From the human T2T-CHM13v2.0 reference genome, Homo sapiens: DNA of 64,000 nt. The notes beneath the pieces are model-generated. The model was not told where the DNA came from. It did not search any database and was given only the letters and a program-made list of their open reading frames with translations. The position numbers were made by a program, and so were the translations under genes. The DNA lies in the NCBI GenBank assembly GCA_009914755.4, contig CP068257.2:34624001-34688000 (forward strand). The letters are read 5' to 3'. The first letter of the stretch is position 1. Each line of letters begins with the position of its first letter. This document shows positions 1 through 17,014 of the stretch, in pieces.

Positions 1-1
1 A

Positions 2-414
<413 letters not shown>

Positions 415-633
415 TATCTCAATCTTATCTTACAGAGAAAAGCAACCCATTAGCTAAGTAAGCAGAGGTGTGTGAAATGGTTTCCTGTCTTTATAAGGCT
501 CCTGGCCTAAACCTCTAACCTCTGGTTTTCCTTTAGGGGAAAAGCTGGCTGCCCTATCAAATAGGAAACATTTTATTGTTCCACATTGTAAGAAAGTAAA
601 ACTGAAAGAAGTGTAAACAAAGAACCTTCTTAA

Positions 634-1064
<431 letters not shown>

Positions 1065-1065
1065 T

Positions 1066-1202
1066 TAGTTTTGGTATTTTTAGTAGAGATGGGTGTTTCG
1101 CCATGTTGGCTAGACTGGTCTTGAACTCCTGAGCTCAAGTGTTCCACCCGCCTCAACCTTCCAAAATGCTGGGATTACAGGCATGAGCTACTACGCCTGG
1201 CC
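1066..1202 (-). mobile_element. Alu left-monomer fragment (antisense)
   Basis: TTTTAGTAGAGATGGG...GGGATTACAGGCATGAGCTACTACGCCTGGCC only. Confidence 0.8.
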
Positions 1203-1564
1203 TTCCTTGGGCTTTAAAAGTTCCCCAGCACTACCTTGCTGCTTCCTCTAATCTGTGTTTCCTGCTGACCACAGAAATGGTCTGCTACCTCCGAATAGGA
1301 GAGAACATCTTTGCTCTGCCATTTTCTTTCTCTGAAAAAAATGATAAGTGTCCTGCTTACCCCACCCTATTTCTGTAATCCTGTAGAAATCTATTTTTAA
1401 AATACTGCTATGCACTTCAAGCAGCTCATCAATTTCTGATGTCTGATTCTTCTTCATTTCTTGATCTTGCTTAATGTCCATGGCATAGAGTTTTTTTAAA
1501 GCTCTTTTGTGTGCCTTTATCTTGTTTGATCATCCTAAAAACCTTATGAGAATGACAGATTTCT

Positions 1565-1867
1565 TCTTTTCTTTTTTTTTTTTTTTGAGATGGAGTCTCA
1601 CTCTGTGGCCCAGGCTGGAGTGCAGTGGCGCAATCTTGGTTCATTGCAACCTCTGCCTTCCAGGTTCAAGCCATTCGCCTGCCTCAGACTCCTGAGTAGC
1701 TGGCATTACAGGCACGCGCCGCCACGCCCAGCTAATTTTTGTATTTTTAGTAGAGATGGGGTTTCGCCATGTTGGCCAGACTGGTCTTGAACTCCTGGCC
1801 CCAAGTGATCCGCCCACCTCAGCCTCCCAAAGTGCTAGAATTACAGGTATGAGCTACCATGCCCGGC
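1565..1867 (-). mobile_element. Alu SINE (antisense)
   Basis: Poly-T plus full antisense Alu consensus. Confidence 0.9.
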
Positions 1868-2256
1868 TCATGGCATAGATTTATTGAACACTGCTTATTT
1901 AAAATGTTTGGCAATATCAAAGACTTTTGACTCACTAATTTTTTTTTCCTTTTCTTCTTTTTTTTTTTTTTTTAAATAGGCAGTGGTCAGTGGCCTATTT
2001 GACTTCTCCTAAAAAAGACTTGAATATTTTAAAGTGTCATACGTTTTCTGATTATAGAAGTACTAACATGGTTAGTTTTAAAATGGAAATAATGAGGACA
2101 TAAAAACCTAAGTGGAAGTCCTTTGTAATGCTAGTTGATAGAACTAGGGATTGTTAATGGCTTGCAGGTAGTCTCCCAGACTTTCCTAGTGGCTGTGTAT
2201 TATACATACTCTCTCCTAACTGGGCTCATTCTACATAATACTCTTCTGCTGCTTGA

Positions 2257-2593
<337 letters not shown>

Positions 2594-2607
2594 TGATTTT
2601 TCCTTTC

Positions 2608-2919
2608 CTTTTTTTTTTTTTTTTTTTTTTTTTTGAGACAGAGTCTCACTCTGTTGCCTAGTCTGGAGTGTAGTGGCATGATTTCAGCTCACTGCAACTT
2701 CCATCTTTCAGGTTCAAGTGATTCTCCTGTCTCAGTCTCCCACGCTGGGACTATGGGCACGCACCACCACGTCCAGCTAATTTTTGTATTTTTAGTAGAT
2801 GGAGTTTCTCCATGTTGGCCAGGCTGGTCTCAAACTCCTGACCTCAGGTGATCTGCCCTCCTAGGCCTCCCAAAGTGCTGGGATTACAGGCATGAGCCAC
2901 CATGCCACCACACCCAGCC
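2608..2919 (-). mobile_element. Alu SINE (antisense)
   Basis: Poly-T plus antisense Alu consensus. Confidence 0.9.
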
Positions 2920-2980
2920 TCCAGTTTGTCTTTATACACATGTGACATTTCGGTGAATATCCACATCCTTATGGCTTTGA

Positions 2981-3314
<334 letters not shown>

Positions 3315-3637
3315 AGGAGACATTTCTTGAAAGAGAATTCCTAGGAAAAAATAATACGTATTTTTAAAAATTGCTCCCCTCCAAAAAATTAAAATACTTA
3401 AGTTTACTATAACAATGTAACTAAATGATCCCACCCTTGAACATTCTGTAAAACCTATCCACCTTCCTTTGTCTACTTTTGTCTGTAATGTAAACCGGAC
3501 TCTGGTGGTGGTGTTTCATGTGAGAATTTTAGGAATATTGATCTTTCTGTCTGGCTTTAAGACAAAGACCGCCCTACAGCTAATGTATCATAGCTGACCC
3601 TTCTGTCTAAAGTCATTTGTCATCTTGTAATTTTCAG

Positions 3638-5267
3638 ATGACTTGCACCGTTGGTTTAACAGGAAGAAAACCTCTTTCAGAGAGGCATGCGCAGTGCCCG
3701 AGCCTCAGGAGAGCGGCTCTGAAGAGCACCTGCCTCTGAGCCAGTTCACCACAGTGGACCGTGAAGCCATTTGGGCCGAAGTGGAGAAGGAGCCCGAGAA
3801 GTACCCGCTGCGAGGCGAGCTGAGCGAGGAAGAGCTGCCCTACTACGTGGAGCTTCCAGACAGGACGGCCCACGGCGCCCCGGACAGCAGCGAGCACACC
3901 GAGTCTGCAGATACAAGCTCCGGCCACACGGACAGCGAGAACACGTCCTCCTTCTCCTCCCCTTCCCACGACCTGCAGGAGCTGAGCAACGAAGAGAACT
4001 GCTGTGCACCCATCCACATGGGGGGCAGGGCGTACCCCAAGCGCTCGGCCCTGCTGGCGGCCTTCCAGTCAGAAAGCTTCAAGGCTGGGGCCAAGTTAAG
4101 CCTGGTGCGGGTGGACTCGGACAAGACGCAGGCTTCTGAGTCGTTCTCCAGCGACGAGGAGGCGGACTTGGAGCTCCAGGCCCTCACCACATCCAGGCTG
4201 CTAAAGCAGCAGCGGGAAAGGCAGGAGGCCGTCGAGGCCTTGTTCAAGCACATCCTGCTCTACCTGCAGCCCTACGACTCTCGGCGGGTCCTCTATGCCT
4301 TCTCGGTGCTGGAGGCTGTGCTCAAAACCAACCCTAAGGAATTCATCGAGGCTGTGTCCAGGACTAGCATGGATACCAGCTCCACCGCGCACCTCAACCT
4401 CATCTCCAACCTCCTCGCTCGCCACCAGGAGGCCCTCATTGGCCAGAGTTTCTACGGAAAGCTCCAGACCCAGGTCCCCAACGTGTGCCCCCACTCTCTG
4501 CTCCTGGAGCTGCTCACCTACCTCTGCCTGAGCTTCCTGCGCTCCTACTACCCTTGCTATTTGAAGGTCTCGCACCGAGACATTCTCGGCAACCGGGACG
4601 TGCAGGTCAAAAGTGTCGAGGTTTTGATCAGGATAATGATGCAGCTGGTCTCAGTGGCCAAGTCTTCGGAAGGGAAGAACGTGGAGTTCATCCACAGCTT
4701 GCTGCAGAGGTGCAAAGTTCAGGAGTTTGTCCTGCTCTCCCTGTCGGCGTCCATGTACACGAGCCAGAAGCGCTACGGGCTGGCCACCGCCCACCACGGC
4801 AGGGCCCTGCCAGAGGACAGCCTCTTTGAGGAGAGTCTCATTAACTTGGGTCAGGACCAGATCTGGAGTGAGCACCCGCTGCAGATTGAGCTGCTGAAGC
4901 TGCTGCAGGTGCTGATTGTCTTGGAACACCACCTGGGTCGGGCCCATGAGGAGGCGGAAAACCAGCCCGACCTGTCCCGGGAGTGGCAGAGAGCCCTGAA
5001 CTTCCAGCAGGCCATCAGCGCCCTGCAGTACGTGCAGCCCCACCCCCTCACCTCCCAGGGTCTTCTGGTCTCTGCGGTGGTGAGGGGTCTGCAGCCCGCC
5101 TACGGTTACGGCATGCATCCGGCCTGGGTGAGCTTGGTCACGCATTCCTTGCCCTACTTCGGAAAGTCCCTGGGCTGGACGGTGACACCCTTTGTTGTCC
5201 AGATTTGCAAAAACTTGGATGACTTGGTCAAGCAGTATGAAAGCGAATCTGTGAAGCTCTCTGTCAG
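3638..5267 (+). CDS. DOP1B: Large internal coding exon of a Dopey/DOP1-family gene; begins in split-codon phase
   Basis: AG acceptor at 3636-3637 (ttttcag|AT). Uninterrupted frame across track ORF 3643..5304. Strong donor CAG|GTGCGT after 5267. Acidic Ser-rich segment followed by a conserved-looking helical region ([29 protein letters not shown]...). Frame links to all downstream exons. Gene symbol inferred (Dopey-like C-terminal region plus chr21-like neighbourhood); not verified by alignment. Confidence 0.85.
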
Positions 5268-5326
5268 GTGCGTTACGCTCCTTGTGACATCTTTATTGCT
5301 TTAGTGATGGTTTTTATAACGAATGA

Positions 5327-5869
<543 letters not shown>

Positions 5870-6106
5870 TGAATCATCTTCACAGAAATTCTAAAACATT
5901 GAAACCATTTTTCCAAAGTGACTATATGAATGTAAAATCACACAAAGGATGGTTAACATTATTATAATGATATTCTATGACGAGAGCTCCAGTTTATTTG
6001 GGATGGTGATCTCTCTCTAGTTCCTGTGTTTATATATAGGATTAGAAACCCTTATGGCCTCATTCTTTAAAAATTCTCAAACCAGTTTCTCTTTTCTTCA
6101 CCACAG

Positions 6107-6218
6107 CACAACCTCCAAGAGGGAAAACATTTCTCCAGATTATCCACTCACCCTTCTAGAAGGTCTAACGACCATTAGTCATTTTTGTCTTTTGGAACAA
6201 GCCAACCAAAACAAAAAG
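6107..6218 (+). CDS. DOP1B: Small coding exon (weakest of the model)
   Basis: Acceptor ccacag|CACAACC and donor AAAAAG|gtaaat. 112 nt, stop-free in the required frame ([37 protein letters not shown]). It converts the +2 phase left by exon 3638-5267 into phase 0, as required by the next exon. Confidence 0.5.
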
Positions 6219-6295
6219 GTAAATTTTTTTTTTTTCCTGAGTTCAAGGCAATTTTCATGTATTGTTTTGTCTTTGGGCTATGACTGTTTCAAATA

Positions 6296-6500
6296 AGTAA
6301 CGTATGTATGTAATGTCTGTAACTAATATGCGTATGGAGGTGATGCAAATGTGAATGCAAATATTACATAAGTCACGTACACACGTATGCAAATGCATGT
6401 GTGTTAGCAATGCAAGTGCCTACGCAAATGCATATGCAAATGCATGTATATAATTAACGCAAATGCATAAGTATGTATGTCAGCCATGCAAACATAGTTT
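6296..6500. repeat. Imperfect tandem / low-complexity region built from GCAAATGCATGTRT-like units
   Basis: Repeated ATGCAAATG, GCATGTGT and GTATGTATG motifs. Confidence 0.7.
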
Positions 6501-6970
6501 TCTTCCTGCTGGCACTCCCTGTGCCAGCCCTTGGCCCATTGTTCCATCAGTAGCCTGTGAGATAACTTATAAAGCCACTTGTTTGATTTTAGGCTTATAG
6601 TCATCTTTTTCCATGTATTTTTTACTTGCTATCATGGTGTTCATGAAATCTGAGTAGGCAGACATTTTAGCTGTTGGTTATTCTACCCTGTAGAATACCC
6701 TGGGATTAAGTCTTAGAATACATCTAACACTTTGGTTGAATGGTTGAAAAGTTTGTAATTTAGAACATCAGACTCACAGCTGTCTCTGTGAAAGAGAACC
6801 ATGGGTTGAAATGCACAGAGAAGCTTATTGCTCCCAGACCACCACATGTATGAGTTGCTTAGAAGAGAGTCCAACAGCCCAGACCTAATCCCGCTAGCAC
6901 TGCTGCCCTCGTGGGAAGAAAAACCATTCCACAGACACAGCCTGCCTCATGTATTCATTTTAATTTTTAG

Positions 6971-7159
6971 ACCATGGCTGCAGGTGATCCTGCCAACTTG
7001 AGGAATGCCAGAAATGCCATTTTGGAAGAGCTGCCTCGAACTGTTAACACCATGGCCCTTCTCTGGAATGTTCTCAGAAAGGAGGAGACTCAAAAGAGAC
7101 CTGTCGATCTCCTAGGGGCCACGAAGGGATCCTCTTCCGTTTACTTTAAAACCACCAAA
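6971..7159 (+). CDS. DOP1B: Coding exon (63 codons, phase 0 to phase 0)
   Basis: Acceptor tttttag|ACC and donor AAA|gtaagagg. ORF 6974..7231 supplies the frame ([62 protein letters not shown]). Confidence 0.65.
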
Positions 7160-7414
7160 GTAAGAGGATGTCTCTGTAGTTCTGTCATTTACTTGGTCTT
7201 GTATTGTTCCACCCAAAATAAATGTGTATAGGAAAGTGTGCATGATAAACAGATGTGCTCAATGAAACCCAAGTCAGAGATCAGAAGTAGAAATCTCTAG
7301 TTCATTTGTTATCAGTAAGTTTCCTATACCTGAAATGGAGGAGTCTGAGTGGTTTCAGCCTGTTTTCTTCTTATTTTCCATTCACCTTATTTTGTAGTTA
7401 AAAATAAAGTCTTG

Positions 7415-8022
<608 letters not shown>

Positions 8023-10028
8023 ACAATAGTCTCTAGTGGTTCAAAGCGGGGATACCTAGATCCTCACCTCTAAATGATCTAGAGACCCCAGCCTTGAGTC
8101 TCTAAAGCATTTCTGCGAGACAGCTCATCTCTGTTCTGCTTTTAGCGGTGCCTGTCAAACATGGCCCCATCAGAGTGGAATGTCAGGGTGCCTTTGAGTT
8201 CTTAAACCAAAAACGCACAACTGTGAATATTTATATTATAGTTTAGTCTTCTTTGGTTTTCAGTGTCTGCCTCAGAAGGCTGTAGGCGCAGGACTCGGTC
8301 GCTCACCATCTGTGTTACTGTGTGTGGCATCTCAGAATTATCTGCCACATCTGACATCAGTTGAGAGCCCCCAGGTGCCAGATGGGGCCGCAGGGATAAG
8401 CCTTGCCATCCTGCATTTAGGTACCACGGTGCGTTGTTGGCCTCCAGACATTCTGTCGGTTCCTAGGGTGCCAAGGGAATTCTGTATTTCAAGCTCCTAT
8501 AAGAACCTGCTCTTAAAAAGATTCAGAAAACCTTTTTTCTCACTCAGAAAAAAAGATTTTCTAAAACTTTTTTAGGGGAGCTTCCTGTAGCACTCAGCCT
8601 CTCTGAGCCTCCATTTCCTCGTCTGTTAAACCAGGCTGTGGCTAGCATCCTGTCCTCATGGGTTGAGGGAAAGAGTAATTACGATAAAGGCCGATGCTCA
8701 TTAGGCACTTAACTCCTAGCCCTCCCTGAGGAACCCAGGGCCGGGGAGCGGGACCCCACATTAGTCCCTCTAGAGCAGAAGCCATGGTGGAAAGGAGGGG
8801 ACAGCTCCATTGCTGGCTCAGTTGTATCTAATGTGAAATAAACATGGGCGGTTGTCACAGGAAGCGCTGGGTAAATCCGTCTCTTCGACAGACATTTTGT
8901 GCCTGCTGCCACGCACCAGGCTCTCTTGCTTTACCGGTGGACAAGAGAGATGAAGTCCCTGCCCCTGTGGCAGAGGCAGACATTAACTGGCAGTGTAATA
9001 ACGATGTGAGCAGGGCTTCAAAGAAACACAGGGTTTCCTGAGAGTGTGTGAACAGGAGGCCTGGCCTGACCTGGGGTTCCTGAGGCGGCATGGCTTAGCT
9101 GAGGCCCCAGGCGGAGAGGATTTAACTACGGTGGGCACTGCAGGCTGAGAGAGCGGTAGGATTTACAGAGCGAGAAACGTGGCGGGAACACAGAGAAATT
9201 CATAAGTAGCAAAACAGAGGGTGCTGAGTGACATCAGGACCATGTTACAGGTTTAAATTGATTACCTGATAAAATTAGTTAAATGGTGCTTATTTCTGGA
9301 AATTGAGCAACAACTTTCCTAATGAATATAAGCCCTTCCGCAGCAGATGGAGTCAGGCTGAGGCTGTGGGGTTTCCAGATGGAAGCAGTGCTGCAAAGCC
9401 TTGCCCGGCTTCCTGCAAGACCCCCACTGTGCTCACAGCAGCAAGGGTGATATTCATCGTCTCCCGAGATGCTCCTGGCCAATCGAGCTGGCCATCCGTC
9501 TCTCCACCTTGGCTGCTCACTGCCCCTTCCCCCCGCCGGCATGACACGCCAACATCACACATCTAGCTCCTTGCGGAAAGGGTTTGATTCCTCCCATTGC
9601 TGGGATCCACCCATCAGGGAAGCACCTCAGCACAACATTGGGCACAAACATGACAGGGTCCTTGCTCTCGGTATGGACAGCAGTGGTGGTTCAATGTATA
9701 TGATGCCATAGCCCCAATATTACTCTGCAGTAACTTTTTTTTCCCTATTTTCTAGACCATAAGACAAAAAATTTTAGACTTCTTAAACCCCTTGACGGCC
9801 CATCTTGGGGTTCAGTTGACAGCGGCTGTTGCGGCAGTGTGGAGCAGAAAGAAAGCCCAGCGTCACAGTAAGATGAAGGTAAAGTTTAAAAAGTTACAGG
9901 AGTGGTTAAACTTACTGTGACAAAGAAATACCACAGAATCATGTGGAATCAAAGGTGACATTGGAAGCCAGCATGGGAAACTATTGAGTTGATTTAATCA
10001 TTTTATCTTATTTTATTTCTTTATCTAT

Positions 10029-10314
<286 letters not shown>

Positions 10315-10515
10315 GATTTCATCATTTGAAATGCATGAGATAATATAGCTGTGTCTCAGTACAAGTAGAATGTGTATTGGGCAGGTAGGGAAGAGCGCAC
10401 CTGACTTCTGTTTTCTAATTTTTCTGTAATGAGTATATAGTACTTGTGTTTAATCTTTTTAAATCTAAAATACATATAAGAGTATATATAACATGAACAT
10501 TTTTAAAGAATAAAA

Positions 10516-10781
<266 letters not shown>

Positions 10782-10904
10782 CTTTACCTAAGAACATGCC
10801 ACCCATTTGGCTTAAGAAATGGTCACTTATCCTAGCACTGTGGGCCTTTTTTTATTTGTAGTACCATCTTATTGCTTTTTTAATGTGTAGAAATCACACT
10901 TGTT

Positions 10905-11068
10905 AGCTGGGCATGGTGGTATGCGCCTATAGTCCTAGTTACTTGGGAGGCTGAGATGGAAGGATCACTTGAAGCCAGGAATATGAAGCTGCAGTGAGCT
11001 ACGATTGTGCCACTGCACTCTAGCCTAGACAACAGAGTGACACTTCATGTAAAAAAAAAAAAAAAAAA
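10905..11068 (+). mobile_element. Alu right-arm monomer (sense)
   Basis: AGCTGGGCATGGTGGTATGCGCCTATAGTCCTAGTTACTTGGGAGGCTGAG...polyA only. Confidence 0.8.
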
Positions 11069-11140
11069 GGAAATTACATTTGTCCATGATAATAAAGAAA
11101 ATTGAAATCACCAATCATATTTCTATGCCCAAAGATAATT

Positions 11141-11390
11141 TCTTTTTTTTTTTTTCTATTGAGACAGAGCGATCTCAGCTCACTGCAACCTCTGCCTCCT
11201 GAGTTTAAGCAATTCTCCTGCCTCAGCCTCCTGAGCAGCTGGGATTACAGGTGCATGCCACCACACTCAGCTAATTTTTGTAATTTTAGTAAAGACGGTT
11301 TCACCATGTTGGCCAGGCTGGTCTCAAACTCCTGACCTCGTGATCCGCCTGCCTCGGCCTCCCAAGGTGCTGGGATTACAGGCGTGAGCC
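11141..11390 (-). mobile_element. Alu SINE (antisense) with internal deletion and perfect 12 bp TSD CCCAAAGATAAT
   Basis: TSD copies at ~11129-11140 and ~11391-11402. Confidence 0.9.
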
Positions 11391-12022
11391 CAAAGATAAT
11401 ATCAGTTTGTATTTTGCCCGTTCTTTATCCACTTGACTGGTCCATGATGAAGTCCTGCAGGGGTCGGCTTACCTTTTTCAACCTCAATCCTCTTCCTTTG
11501 TTCCCTCCCACCCCTGCTCCATCCCCTGCTCGGGATCTGCTGCTGCACCTCCTTGACACTCCCCCAGTGCTCAGCCTTTGTGGCAGACATGGGCGCCTGT
11601 TCTCTGAGGAAGAGTCAGTGGTCAGTGTCCAAGGCCACCCTCCTGAGCGCCTGTCGGCTCCTTCCCTGGTGAGGAACCTGGTGCTAGTTGTTTTTCTTCC
11701 AAATGCCCATGACCAGGGTATGCAGACTTCTGTCATCAAAAATATGCCTCCCATACCAGGGCTTTCCTTCCAAGGCTAGCAAATGGGAGCCTGGTTTATC
11801 TGTTTTTACTTCCTGTCTTCGTATTTTTGATTCCATCTCTTGTTTCCTTCAAATTTAGTATATTTGTTTCTAAAATGCTTTCTACTAAATTCAAACATAC
11901 CACTATTACAGCCCCATCATGGCCTGCACCTTTTATTCCTAATTTGTATCAAATTATGTTGTTCCCCTGGGTGGAGCCTTTACCTAGTTCAATAGGAAAT
12001 GTTTGTTTAAGAGATTAAAACA

Positions 12023-12246
12023 GGCCGGGCGCGGTGGCGGCTCATGCCTGTAATCCCAGCACTTTGGAAGACCGAGGCGGGCAGATCACCTGAGGTCGGG
12101 AGTTTGAGACCAGCCTAGCCAACATGGCGAAACCTCATCTCTACTAAAAATACAAAACTTAGCTGGGCGTGGTGGTGGCCAAGATCGCACCACTGCACTC
12201 CAGCCTGGGTGACAGAGTGAGACCGTGTTTCAAAAAAAAAAAAAAA
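12023..12246 (+). mobile_element. Alu SINE (sense), right arm partly deleted, TSD GAGAT(T/G)AAAACAG
   Basis: GGCCGGGCGCGGTGGCGGCTCATGCC...polyA. Confidence 0.85.
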
Positions 12247-12365
12247 GAGATGAAAACAGATTGATTTCTCCAGGGACGACTACTGTAGAATACAATAAGG
12301 ATGTGTCATCCTTATTTTTACTTTCTCTCTATAAGCTTTCAAGGAACTTTTTTTTTTCTTGGCAG

Positions 12366-12503
12366 ATTATCCCAACGGCAAGTGCATCCCAGCTAACCCT
12401 TGTCGACTTGGTGTGTGCACTCAGCACCCTGCAGACTGACACGCTGCTGCACCTGGTGAAGGAGGTGGTGAAGAGGCCACCCCAAGTCAAAGGGGGTGAT
12501 GAG
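12366..12503 (+). CDS. DOP1B: Coding exon (46 codons)
   Basis: Polypyrimidine tract plus ggcag|ATT acceptor; donor GAG|gtgagg. Frame [46 protein letters not shown]. Confidence 0.7.
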
Positions 12504-13542
12504 GTGAGGAGCCTGGGGAAGCCTCTGGGCTTCTGCAGATTAGTGGGTGGCATTTGTCATAACTCTACTTCCTTATAAATCGTGTTTGGGAGGGAAGGAT
12601 AGGTAACAAGAGCTAGTGGGAATGCTTGGGGTAGTGAAGTGGAGGTGCTGTTTGCTGTGCTTTGGGGGAGACCTATGAAGATCTGGTGCTTCTTTTTTAA
12701 GTTGGGAACTGCCTGAGGTCAGGGGCTCTCATTCCTTGTACCCTGCTGCTGAGGACACTGCCTGGTACATGGGTTAGCGCCTTCTGGGCACCAAGTGGAA
12801 TAAAATCTTTAGAAAGAGGAAATGGCACCTGCCTCAAGGAGCTCGCAGCCATAAAGATGCCAAAGATAAACAAAACCAGACTCTAGTGAAAGATGGTAAA
12901 GACAGATGTGATTCAATAACCACTGCGGTAAGGGAAAGTGTTGGGTTCAGTTTAGATTTGTGTGGAGATGACTGGGAAAGGATGAGGGAGGAGGGAGGGG
13001 GAAGGAGCAGGAAGTTTAAGGAGAGTTGGAGAAGTAGAAAATTACAAAAGAGCAGGTGGGGAGGCTGCTCAGTCCATAGATGTGATTAGGCCATCTGGGT
13101 TTGCTAACTGGGGCTTATCCAAATGAGGCTCCTACCCTCCCACAGAGGCTGGGAGATCGAGACTCTGTCTTTCTTGATGATTCTGTTTCAAAGGGATGGC
13201 TCCCAGGTCCTTGAGAAACACATTCCTAGGTTGTGGGAGACACATACACATCTCAAAGGGACAGAGAAAGTATTTATCATTGTAAACTTAAAAGAAAATG
13301 CTCTAAGAAAGGGAGGTCAGGGGTCTCTCTGCAGGTGTTGGCAGGAACAAACAGTAAATTATTTGGCAACCTTGAGCTTTCTCGGACAAGTGTTTGAAGA
13401 GGACTGGTGTCCCCATCCTAGGGATCCATGCTAGTGTTGTTTGGGGCTGTGGGGGTGGACAGAATCATTTGTCAAGCAGAGGGCTCAGAGGAGCCTAGCT
13501 AGAATCAGCTCAAGGAGAGAGTCTTTGTCAAGGGCAAATTAA

Positions 13543-14032
<490 letters not shown>

Positions 14033-14055
14033 CAAAATTTGCATAATTTTTTTTA

Positions 14056-14336
14056 AAACTTTTTTTTTTTTAAGACAGGATCTCACTGTCACCCAGGCTG
14101 CAGTGCAGTGGCACAATCACAGCTCACCATAGCCTCGACCTCCCCAGGCTCAAATGATCTTCCCAAATAGCTGAGACCACACATGCACACCACCACACCT
14201 GGCTAATTTTTATATTTTTTGTAGTGACGGGGTTTGCCACATTGCCCAGGCTGGTCTGGAACTCCTAGGCTCAAGCAATCCTCCTGCCTCGGCCTCCCAA
14301 AGTGCTGGGATTACGGGCGAGAGCCACCATGCCTGG
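14056..14336 (-). mobile_element. Alu SINE (antisense, AluJ-like) with TSD TGCATAATTTTTT
   Basis: Flanking direct repeats at ~14038-14050 and 14337-14351. Confidence 0.85.
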
Positions 14337-14793
14337 CTGCATAATTTTTTATAAAGGTAGAAAATAAATGTCAGAGAACATAACTAATGATAGACACTCT
14401 GAGAAAGAGGAGATTTCATCTGGCTGCTGTGAAACAGAAACCTTCAGGGTGATGTCATTGAACCGAGAAGTTCCTTGTAATTTTTCTGCTCAATTTCATT
14501 ACAGCAGCCTGGAGGGCCCATGTTGTCTAGAGAGCTTCTTCAATTATACACGGTGGATTTAAAACAGGGCAAGCTGTGTGGTTTAATATTTGCATTCCCT
14601 TAGAGTCTTCTATTTCTGTTTTTACCAAAGCAGTCTTCATCATTGAAAGCAGCAGAGCTGTTTTGCTCTTAATTAACTAATTTAATAAAAACCAGGGATT
14701 TATTTCAATCTTGAAATAATTGCCTTCTGTCGAACAGTTTAAAATCATACAGTTAGCAAAAATTTAAGAATAATCTAAATGAAAATTAGGGGG

Positions 14794-15377
<584 letters not shown>

Positions 15378-15389
15378 AAAAACAACTGT

Positions 15390-16180
15390 GTCCTCACTCA
15401 ACAACATAACAATCAACACAGAAGACTTCTCTTACCCCAAATATGCGGGGAGTTCTCCCCACCAGCAAGCAAGCAATTGATTCCGCAGTGGACACCAGTT
15501 GGGTGTCCTCCAATTCAATTCCTACTCTATCTGCTTGGAGATAGTGTCAGATCCCACAGGGTGAGGGCTCAGTCCCCAAGAGCACCCTTCACTTCAGACA
15601 CCAGTCACAAGTCTGGGCCTCTGGAACTTCTGACTGACTAGCTTCAAGTTGGGATTCCCACGAACCCCCTCTTTGGGTTCAGTTAATTTGTCAGAGCAGC
15701 TCCCAGAACTCCAGAAACACGTTTACTGGTTTATTATAAAGGCTACTACTGAGGATACAAATGAAGGGATGCGTAGGGCAAGGTATGGGGGAAGAGGTGC
15801 AGAGCTCCTGTGCCCTCCGTGGGCACAGAACCTTCATGTGCTCTGCTCTCTGGAAGCTCACCAAACCCAGTCCTCTTGGGCCTTTTATGGAAACTTCATT
15901 GGATGGGTATGACTAAAGCATGGACAACCGTGTCGAAGTGTGATTGGACAAAAAGAGTGTGATCTAATACTTAATACAGTGACTGGGGAAACCTAGCAGG
16001 GCCTGCCTGTTCAGATTCTTCTTGGCCTGTCTGCACAGCACTGCTTCCTCCAGGGTGTGGGACAGGACCCTCTCCAGAATGAGGGTCTTATGAACCGTAG
16101 TCAGATTAGAGTCCTGCCTTGGGGCAGGTCAAAGGAGGGCAGGAGTTATGAACCAAGAACTGCAGACAAACACGTAAAAA
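15390..16180 (+). mobile_element. Unclassified ancient interspersed repeat (copy 1), homologous to 24330-25450
   Basis: Shares long colinear similarity with 24330-25450 (e.g. CCACCAGCAA.CAAGC..GCAGTGGACAC...TTTATTATAAAGG.......GGATACA.ATGAAG). Family not identified. Confidence 0.4.
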
Positions 16181-16195
16181 AATAGGTTGATACGT

Positions 16196-16203
16196 AGATA
16201 GAT

Positions 16204-16249
<46 letters not shown>

Positions 16250-16696
16250 AGTAGTTAGGTAAATAGATAGATGTAGGTAGGTAGGTAGGTAGATGTAGGT
16301 AGGTAGGTAGAGAGATGGATGTAGGTAGGTAGGTAGGTAGATAGATGTAGGTAGGTAGGTAGATGTAGGTAGGTAGGTAGAGAGATGTAGGTAGGTAGGT
16401 AGGTAGATGTAGGTAGGTATGTAGATAGATGTAGGTAGGTAGGTAGATGTAGATAGGTAGGTAGGTAGAGAGATAGATGTAGGTAGATGTAGTTAGGTAG
16501 GTAGGTAGATGTAGGTAGGTAGATAGATGTAGGTACGTAGGTAGATAGGGAGATAGATGTAGGTAGGTAGGTAGATGTAGGTAGGTAGGTAGATAGGTAG
16601 AGAGATAGATGTAGTTAGATGTAGGTAGGTAGATAGATGTAGGTAGGTAGGTAGATGTAGGTAGATAGATAGATAGATGTAGGTAGGTAGATAGAT
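16196..16696. repeat. Compound tetranucleotide array (GATA)n/(GGTA)n with interspersed AGATGTAG units, ~500 bp
   Basis: GATAGATAGATA... then GTAGGTAGGTAGG... repeated blocks. Confidence 0.95.
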
Positions 16697-16708
16697 ATTA
16701 TGATTTTA

Positions 16709-17014
<306 letters not shown>

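Noticed and set aside
3634-5145. Overlapping minus-strand ORFs (3634..4017, 3746..4009, 3843..4253, 4201..4575, 4651..5145) and alternative plus-frames inside the large exon
   Set aside because: These are GC-rich frame artifacts opposite to or out of frame with the 543-codon exon reading frame. They have no splice or start support.
5248-5273. Alternative donors for the large exon (TCT|GTGAAG at 5250, TGC|GTTACG at 5271) that would join directly to exon 6971 in frame
   Set aside because: Both are weaker than CAG|GTGCGT at 5267. The 5267 donor, combined with the candidate exon 6107-6218, also restores the frame. I kept the strong donor but cannot exclude the alternatives without transcript data.
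11384-11779. 131 aa proline-rich ORF on the plus strand, with overlapping minus-strand ORFs
   Set aside because: It starts inside an Alu TSD. It has no splice sites, no family resemblance, and is not phase-compatible with neighbouring exons.
16196-16696. Regular short-unit arrays (the GATA/GGTA block, and the 16 bp x4 repeat at 29825), considered as CRISPR-like arrays
   Set aside because: The units are 4-16 bp with no unique spacers, the context is a human intron and an Alu, and there are no cas genes. They are microsatellite and minisatellite expansions.
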